Below, piece after piece: positions 26,790 through 35,971 of a stretch of DNA of 64,000 nt (position 1 is the stretch's first letter; each line of letters starts with the position of its first letter). A model generated the notes under the pieces. It had not been told where the DNA came from and searched no databases. It saw nothing but the letters and a program-made list of their open reading frames with translations. The translations under genes were made by a program, and so were the position numbers. Origin of the DNA: a virus; the IMG/VR virus record IMGVR_UViG_3300046694_000315, positions 42,047-106,046 of that record; one strand, 5' to 3'.

Positions 26790-27157
26790 TGGTTTTCTCC
26801 GTTGTTCGTGCGGGGGTCGGTGATGCTGCGCTCGATGTGGTCGCGGACGATGGGGATCTCCCAGATCGCCCGGCGGGCGGTGTCGACCTTGGCGTTGCGC
26901 TTGTTCTCCAGGTGGACGAGGGTGCTGAACTGGCCCTGCCAGCGGCCGGTCATCCAGTCGGTCTTCTCGATCAGCGGGGTGACCTTGTCGACGAGGGCGA
27001 GGGCCTGCTCCTCGGTCTCTTTGAGGCGCCTGCGCTGCATGACCAGTTCGTCTAGGCGCTTGTCGAGTTCGGCCCGCGTGGTGACCAGGCCCCAGGCGGC
27101 GACCAGGACGACCGCGCTGTAGACAGTGACGACGAAGACGAGCACGTAGTTGTTCAT
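26786..27157 (-). CDS. membrane-anchored coiled-coil protein
   Basis: ATG 27157; N-terminal TM. Confidence 0.65.
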   Translation of the reverse strand: MNNYVLVFVVTVYSAVVLVAAWGLVTTRAELDKRLDELVMQRRRLKETEEQALALVDKVTPLIEKTDWMTGRWQGQFSTLVHLENKRNAKVDTARRAIWEIPIVRDHIERSITDPRTNNGENQ

Positions 27158-27315
27158 CGGTGCATCACGCACCGGGCGGGCACGTCCTTGACGGAAAAGG
27201 GCCCGAACCACGAGCACGGGGCCGAGGCGTGGAACCAGATGCTTCCCAGGACGAAGACGGCGAGGACGGTCCCTACGAGGATCCCGCTCAGGGCGTCGTC
27301 GGATCTCCTGCTCAC
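27154..27315 (-). CDS. small membrane protein
   Basis: GTG 27315; one TM, two Cys. Confidence 0.55.
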   Translation of the reverse strand: MSRRSDDALSGILVGTVLAVFVLGSIWFHASAPCSWFGPFSVKDVPARCVMHR

Positions 27316-28016
27316 GGGCAGACCCTTCCGTTGTTGGTGTACGCGATGTAGGTGAGGGGGAAGTGCTCGGCGAACGCCTCCTCCATGTCCTGCGCGACCT
27401 TCTCGATCTCCTGCTGGGGGAAGGAGGGGAAGGTGGCGGAGGGGACGCGCGTCCGCAGGCTGAGGAAGTGCATCAGGCTGCGGGGGTTGCAGGTGGCGTA
27501 GAAGGAGGTGAACAGGCCGACCGGGAGGACGTCGCGGGCGATCTCCTTGGCGACTCCGGCCTTGAGCATCCGCTGGTACGCGGACCATGCGGTGCGGTAG
27601 GCCTGCTCGTGCTCCCAGCGGGTGATGCCGTACTGCTCGTAGGTGCCGTCCACGAAGGTGTAGGCGCCGGGCTTGCCCTCCTGCACGAGCGGGCGCTTGC
27701 GGTCGGGGATGTAGAAGACCGGCGCCAACTCCCTGTATCTGCCTGAAGTTTCGTTGTAACTCCAACCAGCGCGGTGACGCATGAACTCGCGGGCCACGAA
27801 GATCGGGGCCTCGACGAGGAAGGACAGTTGTCCGTGCTCGAAGGGGCTGCCGTGCCGGTCCCGCATCAGGTAGTTGATCAGGCCGGAGGCCTCCCCCGAC
27901 TCCGCCGCAGCAGAGCCGAGGGTGGACACGCGGGCCGCCTGGCAGATCTTCGCGTCGGACCCGGCCAGGTTGTCCAGGTCGAGCGTCGCGGTGATCTCGG
28001 AGCGCTGGGCGATCAC
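27312..28016 (-). CDS. thyX: flavin-dependent thymidylate synthase
   Basis: HGSPFEH, RHRAGWSYNETSGRY signature. Confidence 0.95.
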   Translation of the reverse strand: MIAQRSEITATLDLDNLAGSDAKICQAARVSTLGSAAAESGEASGLINYLMRDRHGSPFEHGQLSFLVEAPIFVAREFMRHRAGWSYNETSGRYRELAPVFYIPDRKRPLVQEGKPGAYTFVDGTYEQYGITRWEHEQAYRTAWSAYQRMLKAGVAKEIARDVLPVGLFTSFYATCNPRSLMHFLSLRTRVPSATFPSFPQQEIEKVAQDMEEAFAEHFPLTYIAYTNNGRVCP

Positions 28017-28696
28017 TTGGCGGACACCTTGCTCTTGGGCGCTTCGTCGTTCTTGATCGTGGCCTTGAAGAAGGCTCCGGCTGCGTCGTGCCATACGACG
28101 ACACCCTCGGGGTCCTTGAAGCCGGGAGCGATGAAGGAGCCGTCCGACTCCAAGGTATGAAGCGCGATGTTCACGGCGTAGTTCAGGTCGTTGCCGTTGG
28201 CGACCAGGATGACCGGTACGACGGTGACCTCCGGCGGGGCGGGGACGGCCTTGGGGAAGGTCTCCAGGTACTTGTCGGTGACCTCGGCGTCGCGGATGTC
28301 GTACCAGCGGTTGACGTTGAAGAGGGCGAAGCGCCTGTCGTCGAGGCCGTAGCCGGACTGGATGCCCTTGCCGAACCACTCGCCGTAGTGCTTGCCCTCG
28401 CCGAGCGCGGTGAGTGCGTCGGCGTTGTCGTAGACCCACTTGGCGAAGCCGAAGTTGTCGGCTTCCAGGGTCAGCCAGCGGTTCCGGCTTCCGGCCCGGA
28501 CGAGGTAGGTGTTGCCGTCGCTGCCTCCGGCGAGGATGCCGGTGGGGTCGGTGGCCTGGAACAGGTCGGGCTCGTCGACCTTGGTGACCTCGATCAGGCC
28601 GTTGGTGCCGTTGATCTTCTCAGTGAGCACGACCTTGCGGTGCAGTCGCGGGATGGGCCGGAACTTCGGGTAGTCGCTGGACTTGAGGATGGTCAT
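28013..28696 (-). CDS. RNA ligase (Rnl2-like nucleotidyltransferase domain)
   Basis: TEKINGTN (KxNG), GSR, YGEW, EGVVV, FK. Confidence 0.85.
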   Translation of the reverse strand: MTILKSSDYPKFRPIPRLHRKVVLTEKINGTNGLIEVTKVDEPDLFQATDPTGILAGGSDGNTYLVRAGSRNRWLTLEADNFGFAKWVYDNADALTALGEGKHYGEWFGKGIQSGYGLDDRRFALFNVNRWYDIRDAEVTDKYLETFPKAVPAPPEVTVVPVILVANGNDLNYAVNIALHTLESDGSFIAPGFKDPEGVVVWHDAAGAFFKATIKNDEAPKSKVSAK

Positions 28697-28703
28697 GTGG
28701 TGG

Positions 28704-29129
28704 TCAGTCCCCTTCGTGGGCCGTGTAGAGGTCGAGAGGTACTCCGAAGCGGGGGCCTTCCGGGGTGTCGATCTCCCGTCCGGCGCTTACCGCTTCCTTC
28801 TTACGGATACGAAACACTACTTCCCGACGGTTGTCAACGTACTCGATCCAATCGATTGACGAGCGGATCATCGGGAGTTCCACGTCCAGGTCGTACAGCA
28901 CGTAGCCCTCCCACAGGACGGACGAGTCGGTGATGCCGACGTGCTGGTACAGCCGCAGCAGCCAGTCCTGCTGACCGACCTTGTAGACGTGCCCGCCGTA
29001 GCGGAGGTGGACCGGGTCGCGGTGGCTGGACAGGCAGGTACGCGGCGCTCCCGTACGGAACTGGGGGCGCCACGTCCACGGCGGCCGGGGCTGCTCGATC
29101 CGGCTGATGGTCCTCTGCACGCGCCTCAT
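28704..29129 (-). CDS. hypothetical protein
   Basis: 141 aa, coupled to upstream gene. Confidence 0.6.
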   Translation of the reverse strand: MRRVQRTISRIEQPRPPWTWRPQFRTGAPRTCLSSHRDPVHLRYGGHVYKVGQQDWLLRLYQHVGITDSSVLWEGYVLYDLDVELPMIRSSIDWIEYVDNRREVVFRIRKKEAVSAGREIDTPEGPRFGVPLDLYTAHEGD

Positions 29130-29635
29130 GCGTTCATCCGCCCGGCGCGGTTCTCCCGGTCGCCACGGCCGACCCGGCGGGTCAGTTCACGGCTCAGGAG
29201 GGTGTTCTTGCGGTCGGCGCTGTCGTAGACGGCCTGGAGCATCTTCCGGTACGCGTAGGCGGCCGTCTTGGCGTCCTGGGCGGCCACGTACTCCGGGTCC
29301 TCGTAGGCCATGGCCTTGGCGGCCGTCACTGTCTTCTGGTTGGAGTTGCGGACGGCGGATAGGGCCTTATGTGCTTCGAGTGTGTCGACGGACGACTTTT
29401 CGTCCACCTCCGCCGCTGCCAGCCGTGCTCCCGTGTACTCCACCCACGCGGTCGTCCTGGTGAACAGGCTCATCAGTTCGCTGTCGCTTAGTGCGGTGGG
29501 ATCCTCCGGCAGTTCGGGCGCGTCGCCGTCCGGCTTCGGGGGCAGGTACAGGTCCTCGCGCTCCAGTTTCCTGGTCGCCTTCTGGCTGGGCGACTGCACC
29601 GCTTCCCAGCCCTTCCTCGCTACCGCTCGTGTCAT
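29126..29635 (-). CDS. helical protein, possibly UvsY-like recombination mediator
   Basis: DPEY...RK..LLSRELTRR; lies near recA and exonuclease. Confidence 0.5.
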   Translation of the reverse strand: MTRAVARKGWEAVQSPSQKATRKLEREDLYLPPKPDGDAPELPEDPTALSDSELMSLFTRTTAWVEYTGARLAAAEVDEKSSVDTLEAHKALSAVRNSNQKTVTAAKAMAYEDPEYVAAQDAKTAAYAYRKMLQAVYDSADRKNTLLSRELTRRVGRGDRENRAGRMNA

Positions 29636-30584
29636 CGGTGGTGGTCTCCCAGCAGGTGTTGAAGAACGGACAGTCCTTGCAGACCTTGGTGTCCTGGCCG
29701 GTGAACTCCGGCCGTGGTGGTGGCTTGCCCTTCTTCAGGGCGTATTTGATGTCCAGGGCCGTCTCGAACAGAGGCTCTGCGATCTCCGGGTTGTACTTGA
29801 CGACGAATTCCTTGTGGGCCTGCGTCGCCTTGTACTCGTAGAGGAAGATCACCTTGTCGAACGGCAGGCCCATCTCCTTGCACAGCCGGAGATAGATCTG
29901 CGTCTGGCGTATGTGGCTGCCGAAGGGGCGCCGGAGCGCCTTCCACAGGCCGTCCGTGTCGATGACGGTCTTGCCGTCCTCGGTCTTCACGGTGAACTGC
30001 CGCAGCAGCTCGGGATTGTCGAACCGGACGGTGCCGTTACCGATGGACTTGACCTCCACGAGGGCGTTCAGGTCCTCGATGGCCCCGTCCTCGTGCCCGG
30101 CGATCAGGAACTCGCTCTCCGCCTGAAGCGGCACCTCGCGGTACTCCAGGAAGACCGGGAGGGTCGCGAGGTCGGTGCGGTCGCGGCAGGACGGGCAGGC
30201 GATGCGTCCGGCGGTGCCCATCTCCCAGTAGTCGCAGACGGGGCACTTCCACTTCCCCCACAGGCGGCCCATCTGCTGGAGCCACGTCTGCCACTTCGCG
30301 TGGATGGCGTGGCCCTCCATGAAGACCGTCTCCAGTTGCGCGGAGAAGTTCCGGCTCTTCTCGGGGGAAGCCCCCGCCAGCCTGTAATAGGTCTGACGGG
30401 GGCACCAGTCGCTCTTCGCCATCTCGGAGGGGTGGATGATGTCCTGCCGCCGGTCGGTCGGCTTGTCGTGCTCCTCCAGGAGGTGCTTGTGGATGTCGCC
30501 GAGGAGGACGGAATTACTCTTCTTCGTCTCCGCCAGCGACGCGATCCGGCCAGATGGCTTCAAGGGTTTCCTTGCTCGGGGCAC
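29367..30584 (-). CDS. Cas4-like PD-(D/E)XK exonuclease
   Basis: HPSE...CPR; GHEDG; VEVKS; QTQIY; CKDCPF..C. Confidence 0.85.
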   Translation of the reverse strand: MPRARKPLKPSGRIASLAETKKSNSVLLGDIHKHLLEEHDKPTDRRQDIIHPSEMAKSDWCPRQTYYRLAGASPEKSRNFSAQLETVFMEGHAIHAKWQTWLQQMGRLWGKWKCPVCDYWEMGTAGRIACPSCRDRTDLATLPVFLEYREVPLQAESEFLIAGHEDGAIEDLNALVEVKSIGNGTVRFDNPELLRQFTVKTEDGKTVIDTDGLWKALRRPFGSHIRQTQIYLRLCKEMGLPFDKVIFLYEYKATQAHKEFVVKYNPEIAEPLFETALDIKYALKKGKPPPRPEFTGQDTKVCKDCPFFNTCWETTTDDTSGSEEGLGSGAVAQPEGDQETGARGPVPAPEAGRRRARTAGGSHRTKRQRTDEPVHQDDRVGGVHGSTAGSGGGGRKVVRRHTRST

Positions 30585-30894
30585 GGTCGAAACTCCACTC
30601 GTTCTTGGGCACGAACCTCCTGATGTAGGCCCGCTCCAGGACGGTGAGGCCGCCCCAGATTCCGTAGTGCTCGTTGTTGACGAGCGCGAATTCCAGACAC
30701 TGTTCCCGGAGGGGGCAGACCCTTTCGGTATAGGTGCCGTTGCAGATGTGCTTGGCCTGGGTCTCGCTCCCGTTACCGTCCCCGAAGAAGTCGTCGTGCT
30801 CCCGCGTCGGCCGGAACTTGCGGCACGAGGCTTCCTTTTCAGGATTACCCCCACCATCCCACTCAGGGGCATTCAGTCGGAGGTGCATTACCAC
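30514..30894 (-). CDS. whiB: WhiB family transcription factor
   Basis: C...FF...AKHIC...CPLREQCLEFAL...GIWGG. Confidence 0.9.
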   Translation of the reverse strand: MVMHLRLNAPEWDGGGNPEKEASCRKFRPTREHDDFFGDGNGSETQAKHICNGTYTERVCPLREQCLEFALVNNEHYGIWGGLTVLERAYIRRFVPKNEWSFDRAPSKETLEAIWPDRVAGGDEEE

Positions 30895-31232
30895 GGCAGT
30901 ATCTCCTCGGCGTCCATTTCCGGATGCGCCAAGGTATGAAGCGCCAGGAAAGTCTCTTCGGACATCGTGATCCAGTTTCTTCCACCGGACATCTGAGTCC
31001 CGAAGAGCATTTCCCTGCCGTCGACCAGGGCTTGCTTCTCTGCGGTGATCAGTTCCTTTTCCTTGAGCGAGTACGATCCCTTACTGGTGACCTTGTACTC
31101 GATCGAATAATCCGGGGTGCGGACGTCGTTCTTTCGCACCCAGCCGTTGCCGCTACCTGCGTTCACCGTCCCGCCGAGGAGTTGCGCTCCCCGCCGCTCC
31201 TGCCTCTGGCTCTTCTTCAACATGTCCGCCAT
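30888..31232 (-). CDS. Holliday junction resolvase-like PD-(D/E)XK nuclease
   Basis: QERR.A...GSG...KNDV...IEYK. Confidence 0.75.
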   Translation of the reverse strand: MADMLKKSQRQERRGAQLLGGTVNAGSGNGWVRKNDVRTPDYSIEYKVTSKGSYSLKEKELITAEKQALVDGREMLFGTQMSGGRNWITMSEETFLALHTLAHPEMDAEEILPW

Positions 31233-31365
31233 AAGAGGCCTCCAGGAGTGTGGCGAGAAGCGTGAACTTCTCGTGGGACCGGTCCTGGCGCCGGGAGTAC
31301 CGGACGCCGAGGACCAGGATGTAAACGGCTGCTACGACCAGCAGCGAGGAGAGCACGGCCACCAT
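31153..31365 (-). CDS. small membrane protein
   Basis: N-terminal TM; coupled to recA stop. Confidence 0.45.
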   Translation of the reverse strand: MVAVLSSLLVVAAVYILVLGVRYSRRQDRSHEKFTLLATLLEASYGGHVEEEPEAGAAGSATPRRDGERR

Positions 31366-32549
31366 CAGGCGGCCTGGGTATGAAGCCCGTCGGCCTCTTC
31401 CGGCTTCGGCCGTCGGCTGACCTTCTTGGTCCCGGAATTCTCGGCGGCCTCCAGGTCCTCCTCGGAAATGGAGCGCTCGTCGGCGTGGAGAGAAGCGGCG
31501 AGCACCTTCTCGTACAGGAATTCCTGGAGGTCCAGGTCCTCGCGAATGGCGGCGAGGGTGTTTTCCTTGCTGTGCCAGCGAAGGACGGGCTTTCCCTTGT
31601 CGTCGTATTCGCCGTTGTCGATCTCGTAGTAAGCGCCCTTGCGCTTGATGACGTCGAAGAGGATCCCCATGATCATGATTTCCTTCGTGGTGTCGAAGTC
31701 ACCACGGACGAAATTCAGGTACGGGGCGGAACGGAAGTAGGCGTCGATCGTGGCGATCTGCTGGGGGGCCGCCGACTTGTTCTTGATGGTCTTTACCTTG
31801 ATGACCTGGCCGACGTTGACCTTGCCCTTTCCGGGCCGGGCTTCCTGAATCCATTCGTCGCGCCGGACTTCCACCCGGGTGTAGAACGCGTAGTTCTTGG
31901 CGTTTCCGCCGGGGGTCGTGGTCGGCGTGCCGTGCGGGGAGAACTTGCCGATGGCGTCGCGGTACTGGTTGATGACGATGCCGAGCAGCGGGCGGTCGTC
32001 GGGGTCGGTCATGCTGCGCTTCGTCGCCGCGCCGGACTTGCGGAAGAACTTGCCGGTGAGGCGTGCGCCGAGGGCCATGGTGGCCTCGTCCATGTCCTTC
32101 TCGGACTCCTCGTCCGGGATGAGCGCCGGGTAGGAGTCGAGGACGATCATGTCGACGGAGCGGGACGTCGCGAAGTCGAGCATGGTCTGGTAGGCGAACT
32201 CCATGGCCTGGGTGGGGACGACGATCACGCGGTCGTTGTCGACGCCGAGGGCCTCGGCCTGGTCGGTGTCGTAGTGCTCGGCGGCGATCCACAGGCAGGT
32301 GAAGTTGGGGTCCTTCTTCTGGTTGGCGGCCAGCGTCTTGTAGACGATGAAGGTCTTGCCGTGGGACTCGCGGCCGATGACCTCGACCCACTGGTTGCCC
32401 GGCCAGCCTCCGCCGAGGGCGATGTCCAGGGAGAGGGAGCCGGAGGTGAAGCGCTTGGCGACGCGCATCTCGGAGGCGAAGCAGACGGCGCCCGGGTGGG
32501 TCTTGTTGATCTTTGCGAGGAGGGCGAGGGCTTCCTTGTTCACGCTCAA
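31365..32549 (-). CDS. recA: RecA-like recombinase
   Basis: SGSLSLDIALGGG, GRESHGKT, VLDS, INQYR, TTPGGNA, KNK. Confidence 0.92.
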   Translation of the reverse strand: MSVNKEALALLAKINKTHPGAVCFASEMRVAKRFTSGSLSLDIALGGGWPGNQWVEVIGRESHGKTFIVYKTLAANQKKDPNFTCLWIAAEHYDTDQAEALGVDNDRVIVVPTQAMEFAYQTMLDFATSRSVDMIVLDSYPALIPDEESEKDMDEATMALGARLTGKFFRKSGAATKRSMTDPDDRPLLGIVINQYRDAIGKFSPHGTPTTTPGGNAKNYAFYTRVEVRRDEWIQEARPGKGKVNVGQVIKVKTIKNKSAAPQQIATIDAYFRSAPYLNFVRGDFDTTKEIMIMGILFDVIKRKGAYYEIDNGEYDDKGKPVLRWHSKENTLAAIREDLDLQEFLYEKVLAASLHADERSISEEDLEAAENSGTKKVSRRPKPEEADGLHTQAA

Positions 32550-32622
32550 CAGGGGCCCCCGTAGGTATGAAGTCGCATGTGGTGTTACTCCTGATCCGAT
32601 AACCGCGAAGCGGTAACGAAGA

Positions 32623-32663
32623 ACCGGTAGTTCCAATACCATATCGGTGAAGGAACTACCGGT
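32623..32663. promoter_or_regulatory. 12-bp inverted repeat upstream of recA
   Basis: ACCGGTAGTTCC-N17-GGAACTACCGGT. Confidence 0.55.
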
Positions 32664-32696
32664 CCACTCATGTATCAACTAGTCAGACGAAGATCT

Positions 32697-33080
32697 TCAG
32701 GGAATTTGCCGAGGCCACGGCGGCAGAGGCTTCGGCCCGTTGCCGTCCCACGGAGCCAGCCACTGCTGCTCGATGAGGTGGGAGACCGCGTCCCGACCGT
32801 CCCGCAGGGTGATGGTCGCGAGGTACCGGCCGCCGAACTTGTCCGGGTCGACGTCACGGCCCACCTTGTGCGAGCGGACAACCACCTGACTGCCCACCGG
32901 CAGGAGAGCGGACAGGTTCGCCCGCGCCTCCTTGCCTCCCGGCTCCTTCAACTCCCGGGCGTTGCCGCCGTGCAGCCGTATGTGGAAGTCGTGCTTCCAG
33001 GTATCGACGCCGAGGTCCAGGTTCACCGTCACCGTGTCGCCGTCGTGCACGTCGGTGACGACCGCGTTGTACTCGTACAT
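32697..33080 (-). CDS. thermonuclease (SNase) family protein
   Basis: VHDGDTV..IRLHGGNARE...DKFGGRYLA. Confidence 0.85.
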   Translation of the reverse strand: MYEYNAVVTDVHDGDTVTVNLDLGVDTWKHDFHIRLHGGNARELKEPGGKEARANLSALLPVGSQVVVRSHKVGRDVDPDKFGGRYLATITLRDGRDAVSHLIEQQWLAPWDGNGPKPLPPWPRQIP

Positions 33081-35044
33081 CAGTTACTCACCAGGTCGAC
33101 GACCTCACAGCCACCGGCCGCCGAGCACGCCAGTTCCTGGGAGCCCACGGTCTGGTCGTAGGTCTCGTAGAAGGCCAGGTCCGACCACTCGACGCGGTAC
33201 TCCTGGGCGGCCAGCGCCTCGTACTCCTCCTGCGTGATCTCCTCGTACGGAGCCTGCACGTAGGTGTGGTCGCTGAAGGGGAGGAAGGAGACGCCGGAGA
33301 TCTCGTCCAGGTGCTTCCAGACCCACTCGCCGACCTCGTCCCACTCATGCTCGCGCACCGAGATCGTCACCGACGGCTTGTGCTCGCACCAGTACCGCTG
33401 GTACGCCAGCCAGATCTCCAGGTGCTCGATCGCCGAGACGTCCTCACGCACCAGAGCGTCTTCCCCGGCCCGCTGGACGAAGGTGAACACCCACGCGGCG
33501 CTGTTGTAGGCGTCCTCCTCGTGCGGGATCCCGGCGTCGATCAGGACGAACGCGATGGGGTCCTTCTTGTCCACCCGCACGCGCCGCTTGTAGAAGCGGG
33601 CGTGCTTGGTATGAAGCCCGCTCTCACAGTCGACCAACTGCGAGACGGTGCCGGAGGGCTTCACACAGGTGATCGCGTCCGAGGACGGGATGCCGATGCG
33701 CCGGGCCTCCTTCTCGTTGGCGATGCGGGCCGTCAGGCGCAGGTCGGTCAGCGCGAGCGCGGTGAGCCCATCGCCCTTGCTGCCGTTGGTGAACTGGTTG
33801 CCGAAGACGCCGGTGAGGGAGACGCCCAGCAGCCGCTCCTCCTCTGCGTTCTTGCGCCACTCATCGCGCAGGTACGGGTAGTCCGTGAGCGTGCTCTGCC
33901 AGGTGCCCAGGATGGCCGCGAGAGCGACCTTGCGCTCCAGGTCCTCCACGGTGTCCTGCGGCCGTACGACGACCTCGGAGAGGTTGCAGAAGGAGAATGG
34001 CCGGAGAATGATCTCCGAGCACGGGTTGGTCCCGTAGTCGGTGTCGGCCGAGCGGTGCCCGTACTTCGCGGCCTGCCGCTGGGCTGCACCACGGTGGAAG
34101 ATGCCGCGCTCGCCGGAGCCGGACGCCACCAGCGACGCCCACTCCTTGTTGAAGTCCTCGTAGCGCAGGCCGTCGTCGTAGACGGCGGAGTTGTTGGCGA
34201 GGGCGCGGTAGCCGTGGTCCTTCCACCACTCGCCCGACTTGGCCTGCGCCATCTCCTGGTCGTCCAGGTCGGACAGGGAGATCATCGCGGACCGGCGGAC
34301 GCCGCCGACCACCACGACGGAGGCTATCTTGCAGGCGATGTCGTGGACCTCGATCGGGCGGAACTGTCGGCCCTTGGCGCCCTCGAACATGTCGACGGTG
34401 AACTGGAAGAGGTCCTCCAGCGGACCCGGGCCGGAGGCTCGCCCTCCGAAGGTATGAAGTCGGGCCCCGGCCGGGCGCACCTTGGACAGGTCCCAGGCGA
34501 CGCGCTTGCCGCTCCAGAGGTTGGTCAGCAGCGCCCGGAAGGCCAGCGCCCAGCCCTCCTTGGAGTCCTCGACGGGGATGTACTCGCGCTCCTCGAACTC
34601 GATGACGTCGGGGACGGCGGGCAGTTGGTCGGTGTAGCGGCGCTCGACGGAGTAACCCACGCCCGTGCCGTTCATGAGGATGTAGAGGAGTTCGTCCAGG
34701 GCGCGCGGGTCCTGGAGCGGGAGGTAGGAACAGTTGAAGCCCGCGATGTTCGAGCGGTCCAGGGCGGCACCGGCCGTCATCACCGCGCGCATGGACGGCA
34801 TGACCTCGTGGTCGAGGACGGCCTGGCGGACGGCTTCGACGACCCCCTGCTCGGGGGTGTAGTCGTGCTTGTTCTTCAACTGTCCGAGCATGAAGCCGAA
34901 GTAGCGGTCGACGGTCTCGGTCCAGGTCTCGCGGCGGTTGCGCTCCTCGTCCCAGCGGGCGTACCGGGACTTGGCGATGAAGGAGCGGTAGGGGTCGGCG
35001 ATGTCGCCGGTCGGAGTGAGCAGGGAGGTCACCAGGAAGTCCAT
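33080..35044 (-). CDS. nrdJ: class II (B12-dependent) ribonucleotide reductase
   Basis: FNCS, VVVGGVRRSA, TNPCSE, TCVKPSGT, C-terminal CxxxxxC; no nrdB in window. Confidence 0.92.
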   Translation of the reverse strand: MDFLVTSLLTPTGDIADPYRSFIAKSRYARWDEERNRRETWTETVDRYFGFMLGQLKNKHDYTPEQGVVEAVRQAVLDHEVMPSMRAVMTAGAALDRSNIAGFNCSYLPLQDPRALDELLYILMNGTGVGYSVERRYTDQLPAVPDVIEFEEREYIPVEDSKEGWALAFRALLTNLWSGKRVAWDLSKVRPAGARLHTFGGRASGPGPLEDLFQFTVDMFEGAKGRQFRPIEVHDIACKIASVVVVGGVRRSAMISLSDLDDQEMAQAKSGEWWKDHGYRALANNSAVYDDGLRYEDFNKEWASLVASGSGERGIFHRGAAQRQAAKYGHRSADTDYGTNPCSEIILRPFSFCNLSEVVVRPQDTVEDLERKVALAAILGTWQSTLTDYPYLRDEWRKNAEEERLLGVSLTGVFGNQFTNGSKGDGLTALALTDLRLTARIANEKEARRIGIPSSDAITCVKPSGTVSQLVDCESGLHTKHARFYKRRVRVDKKDPIAFVLIDAGIPHEEDAYNSAAWVFTFVQRAGEDALVREDVSAIEHLEIWLAYQRYWCEHKPSVTISVREHEWDEVGEWVWKHLDEISGVSFLPFSDHTYVQAPYEEITQEEYEALAAQEYRVEWSDLAFYETYDQTVGSQELACSAAGGCEVVDLVSN

Positions 35045-35064
35045 TCAGTAGGTAAGGGGGGCGC

Positions 35065-35526
35065 TCAGACGGATCCGTCAGCCCGGATGAACGCGCCAGG
35101 GTTGTAGTTGCTCTGTCCGCCTCGGCCGCCAGCGGCGGTCTGCTTGGCGGGGGTGGCCGGGCCGTCTCCGGTGCTGCCGGACGGAAGGCCTGCGGTGCTC
35201 TGGGTGAAGCGCGGGTTGTAGCCGCACGTGTAGCACTGGGCCATGGCGTTGGGCTGGCCGATGGGCTTGAAGTACTCGCCGCCCTGGCAGTCGGGGCAGC
35301 GGGTGTCCTGCTTGGTGACCATCGCTCGGGCCGGAGCCTTGCCCTGGGGCTGCTCTGGCACTGTCTGCGGGGCTTGTGCCGGGGTGGGGTAGGGCTGCTG
35401 TCCAGAGGCCCACCAGGGGGCGCCAGACGGCTGCTGTGGTTGCTGCTGCGGCACCGGGGCCGGGGCCGGGGCCGGGGCGGCCGGTCGAGCAGCCGCCCCC
35501 AACTTGTTAGCCCAGAAGTTGCTCAC
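35065..35526 (-). CDS. zinc-ribbon protein
   Basis: CPDC...CYTC. Confidence 0.7.
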   Translation of the reverse strand: MSNFWANKLGAAARPAAPAPAPAPVPQQQPQQPSGAPWWASGQQPYPTPAQAPQTVPEQPQGKAPARAMVTKQDTRCPDCQGGEYFKPIGQPNAMAQCYTCGYNPRFTQSTAGLPSGSTGDGPATPAKQTAAGGRGGQSNYNPGAFIRADGSV

Positions 35527-35971
35527 CGAACTGCACTCCTTCTGCGTACGTGATGATTCCCATGTCGAAGAGGTTGGCGAGAATTGCCACCACCCCGGCG
35601 CGCAGAACAGAGGAGTGATGCCGCTGGAGAGCGACGGCCGTTTCCTCGTCCGCTGAAATACCGGAGTTAACCAGCATAGCCGAGGCAGTAATGCCGGAAA
35701 CCAATGGGACGAGGAGGTCCAGCATTTCCTTGACCGGCCGGACCTCGTTGAGCCTTTCGTGACTGGCCCGGTGCTCCATTTCGGAGACGTCGGGACTGTC
35801 CGGGGTCAGTTTCATGAGGGGGATCATGCCCGGGACGTCGGGGCACGGGACGATGTCCCAGAGCAGACGCTTGACGAGCATCTGCGGGGTGAAGATGTCG
35901 ACCTGGGGCTCCTCCTCCTCCCCGAATTCACCCTCGTCGTCCTTGCCCTTGTTTCGGTTGAAGAATCCCAT
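35507..35971 (-). CDS. hypothetical protein
   Basis: 154 aa directly after the polymerase. Confidence 0.7.
   Translation of the reverse strand: MGFFNRNKGKDDEGEFGEEEEPQVDIFTPQMLVKRLLWDIVPCPDVPGMIPLMKLTPDSPDVSEMEHRASHERLNEVRPVKEMLDLLVPLVSGITASAMLVNSGISADEETAVALQRHHSSVLRAGVVAILANLFDMGIITYAEGVQFGEQLLG

Noticed and set aside
29367-30584. Cas4-like gene as part of a CRISPR-Cas system
   Set aside because: No array or other cas genes; solo Cas4-like exonucleases are common in phage recombination modules.
31365-32678. ORF-track starts for recA, dnaB, thyX, the helicase and others
   Set aside because: The upstream extensions overlap other genes or regulatory DNA; downstream starts with SD or stop-start coupling were used instead.
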